The notes beneath the pieces are model-generated. The model did no database searches, had not been told where the DNA came from, and saw nothing but the letters and a program-made list of their open reading frames with translations. From Acutalibacteraceae bacterium (lineage in GTDB: Bacteria; Bacillota; Clostridia; Oscillospirales; Acutalibacteraceae), in contig JAZQXJ010000033.1 in NCBI GenBank assembly GCA_045632815.1, positions 14,966 through 78,965 on the forward strand: DNA of 64,000 nt. The letters run 5' to 3'. Shown piece after piece: positions 48,537-57,263 of this stretch. Position 1 is the stretch's first letter. Each line of letters begins with the position of its first letter. The translations under genes were made by a program, and so were the position numbers.

Positions 48537-49780
48537 TGAATACTATGTCAGATATAGGCGCACGCTCAAAGACAGCGCAAAAAACACTCGCAACCGCAGG
48601 CGGCTCAGTTATAGACAAAGCATTGAATGCAATTGCAACCGCTCTTGAAAAAAATGCGCAATATATTCTTGAGGAAAACTCAAAGGATATCCGTGCCGCT
48701 CAGGATGCAGGCATATCCGAGGCGATGATTGACAGACTAACCCTTACGCACACCAGAATTTCGGGTATGGCGGAGGGTATGCGTCAGGTTGCGGCAAGTG
48801 AAAACCCCGTAGGCAAGGTGCTTTGGGGCGAAACACGACCCAACGGTATGAAAATTGAAAAAGTATGTGTACCCATCGGAGTTATTGCCGTTATTTTCGA
48901 AGCAAGACCCAATGTTACCGCTGATGCGGCGGCAATTTGCCTCAAGGCAGGCAATTCAGTTATTCTTAAAGGCGGCAAGGAGGCTATCAACTCCAACAAG
49001 GCTGTTGCCGCAGTTATGAGAAACGCGCTTGCAGATGCAGGTCTGCCCGAAGATTGCATTATTCTTATCGAGAATATTTCAAGAGAAGCCGCAACAGAGC
49101 TTATGCGCCTTAACGGCTATGTTGACCTGCTTATCCCCAGAGGCGGAGCAGGTCTTATCCGCTCTGTTGTTGAAAACGCAACCGTTCCTGTTATCGAAAC
49201 AGGCGTAGGCAACTGTCACGTTTATGTTGACAAGGATGCGGATATTGATATGGCGGCAAATATTGTTGCCAACGCAAAAGCATCCAGAGTATCCGTCTGC
49301 AATGCGTGCGAAGGTCTGCTTGTGCATCGCGATATCGCGGAAACCGCACTTGTTGCAATCGGCAAAAAGCTTCAGGAAAAGAATGTTGAAATCAGAGGCG
49401 ATGAAGCCGTTTGCGGAATACTCCCCTATGCTGTTGCCGCAACCGAAGATGACTGGGCAACGGAATATCTCGACTACAAAATCAGCGTTAAGGTTGTTGA
49501 CAGCATTGACGATGCGATTTCTCACATTTCGGAATACGGCACGGGGCACAGCGAGGCGATAGTCACCGACAGCTATGCCGCTGCCGAAAAATTCAAGGCA
49601 GAAGTTGACGCAGCCGCAGTTTATGTCAACGCATCAACAAGATTTACCGACGGCGGCGAATTCGGTTTCGGTGCAGAAATCGGAATTTCAACTCAGAAGC
49701 TTCACGCAAGAGGCCCTCTCGGCATTGCGCATATGGTAAGCTCAAAATATATTATCAGCGGCAACGGTCAGATAAGATAA
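48536..49780 (+). CDS. proA: Glutamate-5-semialdehyde dehydrogenase
   Basis: EARPNVT, IPRGG, CNACE, NASTRFTDG, ISTQKLHARGP. Confidence 0.97.
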   Translation: MNTMSDIGARSKTAQKTLATAGGSVIDKALNAIATALEKNAQYILEENSKDIRAAQDAGISEAMIDRLTLTHTRISGMAEGMRQVAASENPVGKVLWGETRPNGMKIEKVCVPIGVIAVIFEARPNVTADAAAICLKAGNSVILKGGKEAINSNKAVAAVMRNALADAGLPEDCIILIENISREAATELMRLNGYVDLLIPRGGAGLIRSVVENATVPVIETGVGNCHVYVDKDADIDMAANIVANAKASRVSVCNACEGLLVHRDIAETALVAIGKKLQEKNVEIRGDEAVCGILPYAVAATEDDWATEYLDYKISVKVVDSIDDAISHISEYGTGHSEAIVTDSYAAAEKFKAEVDAAAVYVNASTRFTDGGEFGFGAEIGISTQKLHARGPLGIAHMVSSKYIISGNGQIR

Positions 49781-49795
49781 ACGGGAGGAAAGTAT

Positions 49796-50713
49796 ATGGC
49801 AAAAACAAAAAAGAACAAGCTCGCATTCCCCGTTGGCATAATTGCGGCTGTGCTTGCAGTCATCGGTCTTATAACCGTTATCAGATTTTCCGCCGATACC
49901 GTTAAAAATCTTGCGAATAATTCAGTTGAAAAGGCTGAGTATGAAAAAATGCTCACCCCCGTTGTTATGTTTGACCCCGACCCCTTTGACGACCTTACTC
50001 AGGCAGATGTTTCTCAGCTGCTCAACAGCGCTGTGTGGGCATTGCTTATGAGCGACGAGGGTGCGGATAAATACCCCTACTCCGAGGGCGAAAACTTCGG
50101 TATTGTTGTACCCCAGGCGGATATTGAAAAATATTTTGTCAGCCTTTTCGGCACGGAAATTGACATTGCCGCATTGCATTCGTCCATAGATATGAGCGAA
50201 TATGATATTTCCTACGATGCCGCGCTCAAAAGCTACATTCTACCCATTACGGGCATTGAATCCGCATACACGCCAAAGGTGTATGAGATAAAAAAGCAGG
50301 GCAGCTCGCTGATACTCAGCGTAGGCTATATCGGCAACAAGGCGTGGGTGCAGATTGCTGACGGTGAATACACGGCACCCGAGCCCGATAAATTTATGAA
50401 AATTACTCTTCGTGAGCGTGACGGCGGCAGATATATTTCCTCCATTCAGGCAACGGATGTTCAGGAGGTTATCGGCACAACTCAGCGCCGCGAAGACCCG
50501 ACAGAAACAACCACCCTGCCCGTTGAAGAAGAAACAACCGCCGCACCTCTGACTACCGTCGTTCCCGTTACCGATGAGGACGGCGAGGAGGTTACCGACG
50601 AAAACGGTGACACTGTTACCGAATATATCGCCGTAACGGAGGAAGCCTCAACCGATGCGGAATCCGCGGAAACAACGGGCGAAGAGGAGTCCACGGACTA
50701 CGAGGAAGAATAA
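49796..50713 (+). CDS. Membrane-anchored protein with an acidic Thr/Glu-rich tail
   Basis: N-terminal TM, VTDEDGEEVTDENG repeat, RBS gggagg. Confidence 0.75.
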   Translation: MAKTKKNKLAFPVGIIAAVLAVIGLITVIRFSADTVKNLANNSVEKAEYEKMLTPVVMFDPDPFDDLTQADVSQLLNSAVWALLMSDEGADKYPYSEGENFGIVVPQADIEKYFVSLFGTEIDIAALHSSIDMSEYDISYDAALKSYILPITGIESAYTPKVYEIKKQGSSLILSVGYIGNKAWVQIADGEYTAPEPDKFMKITLRERDGGRYISSIQATDVQEVIGTTQRREDPTETTTLPVEEETTAAPLTTVVPVTDEDGEEVTDENGDTVTEYIAVTEEASTDAESAETTGEEESTDYEEE

Positions 50714-50714
50714 A

Positions 50715-53108
50715 ATGAACAATTACGATAAACACGCAAAGTCGCTTGAATTTGACAAGGTGCTGGAAAGGCTTGCGGATTTTACGGGCTGCGACGATGC
50801 CCGTTACGAGGCTACTCATCTCAGACCCGAAAGCAATCTTGAGCTTGCAAAGGCTTTGCTTAATCAGACGGTTGATGCGCATATGCTGTTGGCTCGCTTC
50901 GGCGGCCCTTCATTCGGAGGGCTTAAAAATGTCAACAACGCACTCAGCCGCGCAAATGCAGGCAGCGTTCTTAACACAAAAGAACTGCTTGATATAGGCG
51001 GTGTTCTTCGTGTTATCCGTACGCTGTCGCAATGGCGTGCATCAAACGCAGGCGTACAGACGGTGCTTGACCCCCTTTTCAACGCACTTGTACCCAACAA
51101 ATTTCTTGAATCTGCGATTTTTAACGCAATTATCTCCGAGGAAGAAATTTCGGATAATGCATCCCCCGCTCTTAAAGATATAAGGCGAAAAATCAGAGTT
51201 CAGGAGTCAAAGGTCAGAGAGCAGCTTGATAAATTCTCACGCTCTCAGGCTAACTCGAAATTTCTTCAGGAAAATATCATCACTCAGCGCAACGGCAGAT
51301 ATGTTGTACCCGTCAAAAATGAGTACAGAAACGAAGTTGCGGGTCTGATACACGATACTTCATCAAGCGGTGCAACGGTTTTCATCGAGCCAATGGCTGT
51401 TGTTGAGGCAAACAACGAAATCCGTGTGCTTCAGACAAAAGAGCGTGAAGAAATTGAGCGTATTCTGAGTGAACTTTCCGCAAGTGCGGGCGATTTTTCA
51501 CAGAGCATAAAAAACAGCTATGAATGCGCTGTTGAACTCAATCTTATTTTCGCAAAGGCGCAGTATGCTTATAAACTTAAAGCCGCTCCGCCCATTCTGA
51601 ATGACAAGGGCGTTATCAACTTGCGTGCGTCAAGGCATCCGCTCATTGACCCGAAAAAGGTTGTTCCCGTTGACATTATGCTCGGCGGCGATTTTGATAC
51701 TCTTGTTATCACAGGTCCCAACACGGGCGGTAAAACCGTTTCGATAAAGACTATCGGCTTGCTTTCTATGATGGCAATGTGCGGTCTTATGATTCCCGCA
51801 GGCGACAGAAGCGAAATCTCCGTTTTCGACAAAATCCTTTCCGATATCGGCGACGAGCAGTCCATTGAGCAGTCGCTTTCCACATTCTCCGCACATATGA
51901 CGAATATCATCAGCATTTTTGAGGAAGCGGATGACAGCAGCCTTATTCTTATTGACGAATTGGGCGCAGGCACCGACCCCGTAGAGGGTGCGGCGCTTGC
52001 AATCTCCATTCTTGAAGCCCTTCATTTCAAGGGCGCAAAAATTGCCGCTACCACTCACTACGCTGAGCTTAAGGCATATGCCATTGAAACTCCGAGAGTT
52101 GAAAACGGATGCTGTGAATTTGATGTTGCCACACTCCGACCCACCTACCGATTGCTGATAGGTGTACCCGGCAAATCAAATGCCCTTGCCATCAGCGAAA
52201 AGCTGGGTCTTGATGTTTCGGTTATTAACCGTGCGCAGGAGCTTGTTTCAAGTGAAAACAAACAGTTTGAAAATGTTGTTGACCGCCTTGAGGATACAAG
52301 ACGCCGCATGGAGGATGAATACGAAAGAGCAAAACAGCTTTCCGAAAAAGCGGAAAAAGAAAGAGCCGAAGCCGAGAAAATCAAAGCAGATGCTCAGAAG
52401 CTCCGTGAACGCGAGGCAGAAAACGCAAGGTCTCAGGCTCTGCGTGTTGTTGAGCAGGCAAAGCGTGAGGCATATGCCCTGCTTCAGGAATTGGACAAGC
52501 TGAAGAAAGAGCAGAAAAAGACTCAGGATGCCGCCGAATTGGCAAGACGGGCAAAATCCCTTGTCAAAAAAGGCATTGAATCCATCGATTCTGCCGCAGA
52601 CCCCATTATCGGAATCGAGGATGACGATAAAGATTATGTACTCCCCCGTGCGCTTGTTGCAGGCGATACGGTTATCATCCGGGATATAGGCAAAACCGCA
52701 AAGGTACTTTCACCTGCAGATAAAAACGGCAATGTTGAGGTGCAGGCAGGCTCAATCAAAACAAGAGTCAAGCTTTCAAATCTCCGACTTTGCGAAAACG
52801 CTCCCAAAAAACAGGAGAAAAAATCAACAGTCAGGCTTCAGGGCGAAAGCAGGCTGAATATGGCGGCATCAACAAGGCTTGACCTGCGAGGTATGACGGT
52901 TGACGATTGTCTTATTGAGCTTGACAGATTCATTGACCAGGGACTCCGCACGGGTCTCAATGAATTTACCGTTGTTCACGGCAAGGGTACGGGCGCATTG
53001 AGAACTGCCGTTACCCGTTATCTCAAGGCTTCTCCCTATGTAAAGAGCAGCAGACTCGGCGTTTACGGCGAGGGCGAGGACGGCGTTACAATCGTTACTC
53101 TCAAATAA
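50715..53108 (+). CDS. mutS2: MutS2 (RqcU) ATPase with Smr domain
   Basis: GPNTGGKT, DIGDEQSIEQSLSTFS, DELGAGTDP, KOW region, LDLRG...VHGKGTG. Confidence 0.96.
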   Translation: MNNYDKHAKSLEFDKVLERLADFTGCDDARYEATHLRPESNLELAKALLNQTVDAHMLLARFGGPSFGGLKNVNNALSRANAGSVLNTKELLDIGGVLRVIRTLSQWRASNAGVQTVLDPLFNALVPNKFLESAIFNAIISEEEISDNASPALKDIRRKIRVQESKVREQLDKFSRSQANSKFLQENIITQRNGRYVVPVKNEYRNEVAGLIHDTSSSGATVFIEPMAVVEANNEIRVLQTKEREEIERILSELSASAGDFSQSIKNSYECAVELNLIFAKAQYAYKLKAAPPILNDKGVINLRASRHPLIDPKKVVPVDIMLGGDFDTLVITGPNTGGKTVSIKTIGLLSMMAMCGLMIPAGDRSEISVFDKILSDIGDEQSIEQSLSTFSAHMTNIISIFEEADDSSLILIDELGAGTDPVEGAALAISILEALHFKGAKIAATTHYAELKAYAIETPRVENGCCEFDVATLRPTYRLLIGVPGKSNALAISEKLGLDVSVINRAQELVSSENKQFENVVDRLEDTRRRMEDEYERAKQLSEKAEKERAEAEKIKADAQKLREREAENARSQALRVVEQAKREAYALLQELDKLKKEQKKTQDAAELARRAKSLVKKGIESIDSAADPIIGIEDDDKDYVLPRALVAGDTVIIRDIGKTAKVLSPADKNGNVEVQAGSIKTRVKLSNLRLCENAPKKQEKKSTVRLQGESRLNMAASTRLDLRGMTVDDCLIELDRFIDQGLRTGLNEFTVVHGKGTGALRTAVTRYLKASPYVKSSRLGVYGEGEDGVTIVTLK

Positions 53109-53110
53109 TC

Positions 53111-53132
53111 TGTAAAGCTGCTCAGCTTTACA
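53111..53132. promoter_or_regulatory. Palindrome TGTAAAG-N8-CTTTACA (site 3)
   Basis: tgtaaag-ctgctcag-ctttaca, immediately after the mutS2 stop codon. Confidence 0.7.
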
Positions 53133-53145
53133 AAAAGCGAAATTT

Positions 53146-53294
53146 TGTGAGAAAAAAGTTTTCCACATTCAAAATGTGAAAAAGTGGATATATGTTGTGT
53201 TTAAAGCCTGATTTTTCCACAATTTATAGATTATCCACTTCATTTTTGGGAATTTTGTGAGAAAAAGGTGGAAAACCTCTGCAAATGTGGTAAA
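53146..53294. promoter_or_regulatory. Cluster of DnaA-box-like 9-mers
   Basis: TTWTNCACA exact at 53159, 53175 (reverse) and 53213. One-mismatch copies at 53146, 53231, 53256, 53267 and 53286. Confidence 0.6.
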
Positions 53295-53302
53295 AAATAT
53301 AC

Positions 53303-53331
53303 TTGACATTCAATATTATTTCTTGTATAAT
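53303..53331 (+). promoter_or_regulatory. Consensus sigA promoter of the ylxM-ffh operon
   Basis: TTGACA-N17-TATAAT. Confidence 0.9.
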
Positions 53332-53367
53332 ATCCACCTGTAAAGCGCAACGACTTTACAGGTGGAT
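53332..53367. promoter_or_regulatory. Extended palindrome containing TGTAAAG-N8-CTTTACA (site 4) over the predicted +1
   Basis: atccacctgtaaag-cgcaacga-ctttacaggtggat, perfect 14-bp arms. Confidence 0.75.
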
Positions 53368-53402
53368 TAAATTCAGATTAAATACGAGGAAGGAGGCTCG
53401 GA

Positions 53403-53768
53403 ATGGCAAAGAATTATGAAATGGCAGTGCTGATTGATTTTTACGGCGAAATGCTGACGGCAAAGCAGCGTGATTTTTTGGAATATTATTATAATGACGA
53501 CCTCTCCCTCTCCGAAATAGCGGAAAACGAAGGCATCACCCGTCAGGGTGTGCGAGACGCAATCAAAAGAGCTGAAACTCAGCTTCAGGAAATGGAAAGC
53601 CGTCTCGGCGTTGCAAGAAAATTTGAGGATATGCGCCGCAGTCTTGATGAAATCATCGAATGCTCAAACCAGATTTCGGAATATAATCTGCGCCACAGCC
53701 TTTCAAAGGAAATCAACGATTACAGCATCAGAATCAAGGTTGCCGCAATGGCATTGCTCGAAAGCTGA
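53403..53768 (+). CDS. ylxM: YlxM/UPF0122 HTH protein
   Basis: DFYG.MLT.KQ...YY..DLSLSEIA...ITRQGV.D, upstream of ffh. Confidence 0.93.
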   Translation: MAKNYEMAVLIDFYGEMLTAKQRDFLEYYYNDDLSLSEIAENEGITRQGVRDAIKRAETQLQEMESRLGVARKFEDMRRSLDEIIECSNQISEYNLRHSLSKEINDYSIRIKVAAMALLES

Positions 53769-53807
53769 TAAACAAATACATACATTAATATATAAGGAGT
53801 GAATCAT

Positions 53808-55169
53808 TTGGCATTTGAAGGACTTTCAGACAGACTTGAATCTGCGTTTAAAAATCTGCGCAGCAAAGGCAGCCTGACCGAAGCGGATGTAAGAAGCGCA
53901 ATGCGTGAGGTCCGTATGGCTCTGCTTGAGGCTGACGTTAACTATAAAGTTGCCAAGGATTTCACAAACACCGTAACCGAAAAGGCAATCGGCGAAAAGG
54001 TTATGGAAAGCCTTACACCCTCTCAGATGGTTATCAAAATCGTTAAAGAGGAGCTTGTAAGCCTTATGGGCGGCACTCAGAGCCGTCTTGCATACGCAAG
54101 CCATCCGCCAACAGTTATTCTTATGTGCGGTCTGCAGGGCTCAGGTAAAACAACTCACTGCGCAAAGCTTGCACTTATGCTCAAAAAGCAGAATCACCGC
54201 CCTCTGCTGGTAGCCTGCGATATTTACAGACCCGCTGCTATCAAGCAGCTGCAGGTAGTCGGCGAGCAGGTCGGCGCTCCCGTTTTTGAAAAAGGACAGA
54301 CCAATCCCGTTGAAATCGCCAAAGAGGCTATTGCTTATTCAAAAGACCACGGCTACGATTATGTTATTCTCGACACAGCAGGCCGACTCCACGTTGACGA
54401 AGAGCTTATGAATGAGCTTAAAGCCGTCAAGGCTGAAGCAAAGCCCCACGAAATTCTCCTTGTTGTTGACTCAATGACAGGTCAGGATGCGGTTAACGTT
54501 GCAACATCGTTTGATGAAGCTCTCGGAATTGACGGTCTTATCCTCACAAAGCTTGACGGTGACACCCGAGGCGGTGCGGCGCTCTCCGCAAGAGCCGTTA
54601 CGGGCAAGCCCATAAAGTTTGTGGGTACGGGTGAAAAGCTTGAAAACCTTGATGTTTTCCACCCTGACAGAATGGCATCAAGAATTCTCGGCATGGGCGA
54701 TGTTCTTTCACTTATTGAAAAGGCAGAGCAGTCCATAGACGAGAAAAAAGCTGCTGAGCTTGAAAAGAAGCTTATGCAGAATAAATTTGACCTCAACGAT
54801 TTGCTTGACCAGTTTGAGCAGATAAGAAAAATGGGGTCGATTCAGGATCTTCTCGGAATGATTCCCGGAATCGGCAAAAAAGCAAAGGATATCGAGGTTG
54901 ACGAGCGCAAGTTTGACCGTCTTAAGGCTATCATCCTTTCAATGACGGAAAAAGAACGCACAAACCCCGACATAATCAACCCCTCCCGCAAGAAGAGAAT
55001 TGCGGCAGGCTGCGGTCAGAGCATTGAAGATGTTAACAGACTTCTCAGTCAGTACAAGCAGATGCAGAAGATGTTCAAACAGCTCGGCGGCAAAAAAGGC
55101 GGAAAACGCCGCAGAAAGCAGCGTTTCCAGATGCCTGCAGGCTTTGACCCCTCACAGTTCGGAATGTAA
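53808..55169 (+). CDS. ffh: Signal recognition particle protein Ffh
   Basis: TTG start MAFEGL, GLQGSGKTT, DTAGR, TKLDGDTRGGAALS, RILGMGD. Confidence 0.98.
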   Translation: MAFEGLSDRLESAFKNLRSKGSLTEADVRSAMREVRMALLEADVNYKVAKDFTNTVTEKAIGEKVMESLTPSQMVIKIVKEELVSLMGGTQSRLAYASHPPTVILMCGLQGSGKTTHCAKLALMLKKQNHRPLLVACDIYRPAAIKQLQVVGEQVGAPVFEKGQTNPVEIAKEAIAYSKDHGYDYVILDTAGRLHVDEELMNELKAVKAEAKPHEILLVVDSMTGQDAVNVATSFDEALGIDGLILTKLDGDTRGGAALSARAVTGKPIKFVGTGEKLENLDVFHPDRMASRILGMGDVLSLIEKAEQSIDEKKAAELEKKLMQNKFDLNDLLDQFEQIRKMGSIQDLLGMIPGIGKKAKDIEVDERKFDRLKAIILSMTEKERTNPDIINPSRKKRIAAGCGQSIEDVNRLLSQYKQMQKMFKQLGGKKGGKRRRKQRFQMPAGFDPSQFGM

Positions 55170-55226
55170 TACAGCAAAAGCTGATACATTATAAATTAGT
55201 TAATTTTATTTTTGGAGGAATTTATC

Positions 55227-55469
55227 ATGGCAGTAAAAATCAGACTTCGCCGTATGGGCGCAAAGAAGGCTCCCTTCTATCGCATCGTTGTTGCAGATTC
55301 AAGATATCCCCGTGATGGCAGATTCATCGAGGAAATCGGCACCTACAACCCCGTTGCAAACCCCACAGAGGTTAAGGTAGACGCTGAAAAGGCAAAGCAG
55401 TGGATCGCTAACGGCGCTCAGCCCACAGACACTGTTAAGGCTCTTCTCAAAAAAGAAGGCGTTCTTTAA
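55227..55469 (+). CDS. rpsP: 30S ribosomal protein S16
   Basis: [27 protein letters not shown]. Confidence 0.98.
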   Translation: MAVKIRLRRMGAKKAPFYRIVVADSRYPRDGRFIEEIGTYNPVANPTEVKVDAEKAKQWIANGAQPTDTVKALLKKEGVL

Positions 55470-55490
55470 TCTTTAAAAGAGGTTAACGGA

Positions 55491-55724
55491 ATGAAAGATT
55501 TACTTGTAAGCATCGCGCAGGGTCTTGTTGACGACCCCGCAGCGGTAACTGTTACAGTTGACGAGCCCTCAGAGGACGGTACTGTTGTTTATCACCTTCA
55601 CGTTGGTGAGGACGATATGGGCAGAGTTATCGGCAAGCAGGGCAGAATTGCAAAGGCTATACGCACAGTTATGCGTGCCGCTGCAACTCGTCAGAGCACA
55701 AGGGTTGTTGTAGAAATTGATTAA
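55491..55724 (+). CDS. khpA: KH-domain RNA-binding protein KhpA
   Basis: DMGRVIGKQGRIAKAIR. Confidence 0.93.
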   Translation: MKDLLVSIAQGLVDDPAAVTVTVDEPSEDGTVVYHLHVGEDDMGRVIGKQGRIAKAIRTVMRAAATRQSTRVVVEID

Positions 55725-56238
55725 GAAATTTCTTGAAATCGGTGAAATAGTAGGCACTCACGGAATACGCGGCGAAATGCGCGTTAACCCGTGGTGCGAT
55801 TCACCCGAATTCGTAAAAAACTTCAAAACCTTATATTATGACAGCAATGGAAGCTGTGCGGCGCAGGTTAAGTCTGCGAGGCCGCACGGCAACATTGTTT
55901 TGTTGACGGTTGACGGTATTGATACGGTTGAAAAAGCGCAGAAGATGAGAGGCAAAATTCTCTATATGAAGCGCAGCGATGCCAAATTGCCAGAAGGCAC
56001 ATACTTCATAGCCGAGCTTAAAGGTTGCACGGTTTATGATGCCGACTGCCCCGAAAAGGTATACGGCAAGCTGACCGATGTAAGCGAAACGGGCGCAAAT
56101 GATGTTTGGCACATAACAAACGACGAGGGCAAGGAATATCTTATTCCCTCAATCCCCTCTGTTGTTATTGAAACGGATGTTGCAAACGACCGTATTGTTA
56201 TCAGACCGCTGAAAGGTATTTTTGACGATGAGGATTGA
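55717..56238 (+). CDS. rimM: Ribosome maturation factor RimM
   Basis: [21 protein letters not shown]. Confidence 0.95.
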   Translation: MIKKFLEIGEIVGTHGIRGEMRVNPWCDSPEFVKNFKTLYYDSNGSCAAQVKSARPHGNIVLLTVDGIDTVEKAQKMRGKILYMKRSDAKLPEGTYFIAELKGCTVYDADCPEKVYGKLTDVSETGANDVWHITNDEGKEYLIPSIPSVVIETDVANDRIVIRPLKGIFDDED

Positions 56239-56965
56239 TATTTTAACCCTTTTCCCCGAGATGTGCGAAAGCGTATTGGGAGAAAGCATTATCGGCAGGG
56301 CAAGAACCAACGGCTGCGTTGAAATCAACTGCCGCAACATAAGGGATTATACCCTTGATAAGCACAACCGTGTTGACGATGCGCCTTACGGCGGCGGCAC
56401 GGGAATGATAATGCAGACTCAACCAATTTACGATTGTTATGCGGCGCTCTGCGAGGAAACAGGCACAAGACCTCACCTTATTTATCTTTCTCCTCAGGGA
56501 AAAACCCTGACTCAGGAAAAGGTGAAAGAGCTTTCAAAGCTTGACAACATCGCTCTGCTCTGCGGTCATTACGAAGGCATTGACCAGAGAGTTATTGACG
56601 AAATTGTTGACGAGGAAATCTCAATCGGCGATTATGTGCTGACAGGCGGAGAACTACCAGCGCTTATTCTTGCCGACAGCATTTCAAGGATGTTACCAGG
56701 AGTGCTTGCCAACGAGGATGCATTTACTCTTGAGAGCCATTATTCGGGCTTGCTTGAATATCCGCAATACACACGCCCCTTTGAATGGCACGGCGAAAAA
56801 GTGCCTGAGGTGCTTATCTCGGGTCATCACGCAAACATTCAGAAATGGCAGAGGGAACAAAGCCTTAAGCGTACTCTTGAGCGCAGACCCGATATGTTGG
56901 CAAAAGCAGAGCTGACTAAAAAAGATAAAGAATATCTTGACAAATTAAAAACCGCTGAGGAATAA
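56228..56965 (+). CDS. trmD: tRNA (guanine-N1)-methyltransferase
   Basis: [37 protein letters not shown]. Confidence 0.98.
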   Translation: MRIDILTLFPEMCESVLGESIIGRARTNGCVEINCRNIRDYTLDKHNRVDDAPYGGGTGMIMQTQPIYDCYAALCEETGTRPHLIYLSPQGKTLTQEKVKELSKLDNIALLCGHYEGIDQRVIDEIVDEEISIGDYVLTGGELPALILADSISRMLPGVLANEDAFTLESHYSGLLEYPQYTRPFEWHGEKVPEVLISGHHANIQKWQREQSLKRTLERRPDMLAKAELTKKDKEYLDKLKTAEE

Positions 56966-56978
56966 CCTCAGCGGTTTT
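56947..56978. terminator. Terminator hairpin overlapping the trmD stop codon (copy 1 of a 32-bp direct repeat)
   Basis: aaaaaccgctgagg-aataa-cctcagcggtttt. Confidence 0.8.
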
Positions 56979-57225
56979 CAGTTTGTCGAAAAACTTGTTT
57001 TTCTGCAAGCTGGTGACTGTTGAGAAAGGAAGCTGAATGATGTTTTCTTCGACCGAAGGCGTACAAAGGTACTCCGATGGGAGAAAAAACATCAAATAAA
57101 CGAAAATACTTTTTATCAATCCTCCGTCATTTTCTTGCGAAAATGCCACCTCCTTTGAAAAGAAGGCTATCGGGTTCTGTTGCATCCTTTTTTCGTTTAT
57201 GGTTCAGCGACTTTATCGGCAGTCA
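56979..57225. mobile_element. 247-bp non-autonomous insertion between duplicated terminators
   Basis: Flanked by an exact 32-bp direct repeat. Ends cagtttgtcgaaaaac and gactttatcggcagtc form an imperfect inverted repeat. Internal hairpins are present. Confidence 0.7.
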
Positions 57226-57257
57226 AAAAACCGCTGAGGAATAACCTCAGCGGTTTT
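57226..57257. terminator. Terminator hairpin (copy 2 of the 32-bp direct repeat)
   Basis: Identical to 56947-56978. Confidence 0.8.
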
Positions 57258-57263
57258 TGCTCT

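Noticed and set aside
53141-53300. Calling this region oriC
   Set aside because: None of the usual origin-linked genes are present and skew could not be computed, so it is reported only as a DnaA-box cluster.
56916-57185. 89-aa minus-strand ORF in the post-trmD insertion
   Set aside because: It spans the duplicated terminator antisense to trmD and has no recognisable domain.
56947-57257. Possible CRISPR array (32-bp palindromic direct repeat)
   Set aside because: Only two copies, a 247-bp spacer and no cas genes. The repeat is a terminator.
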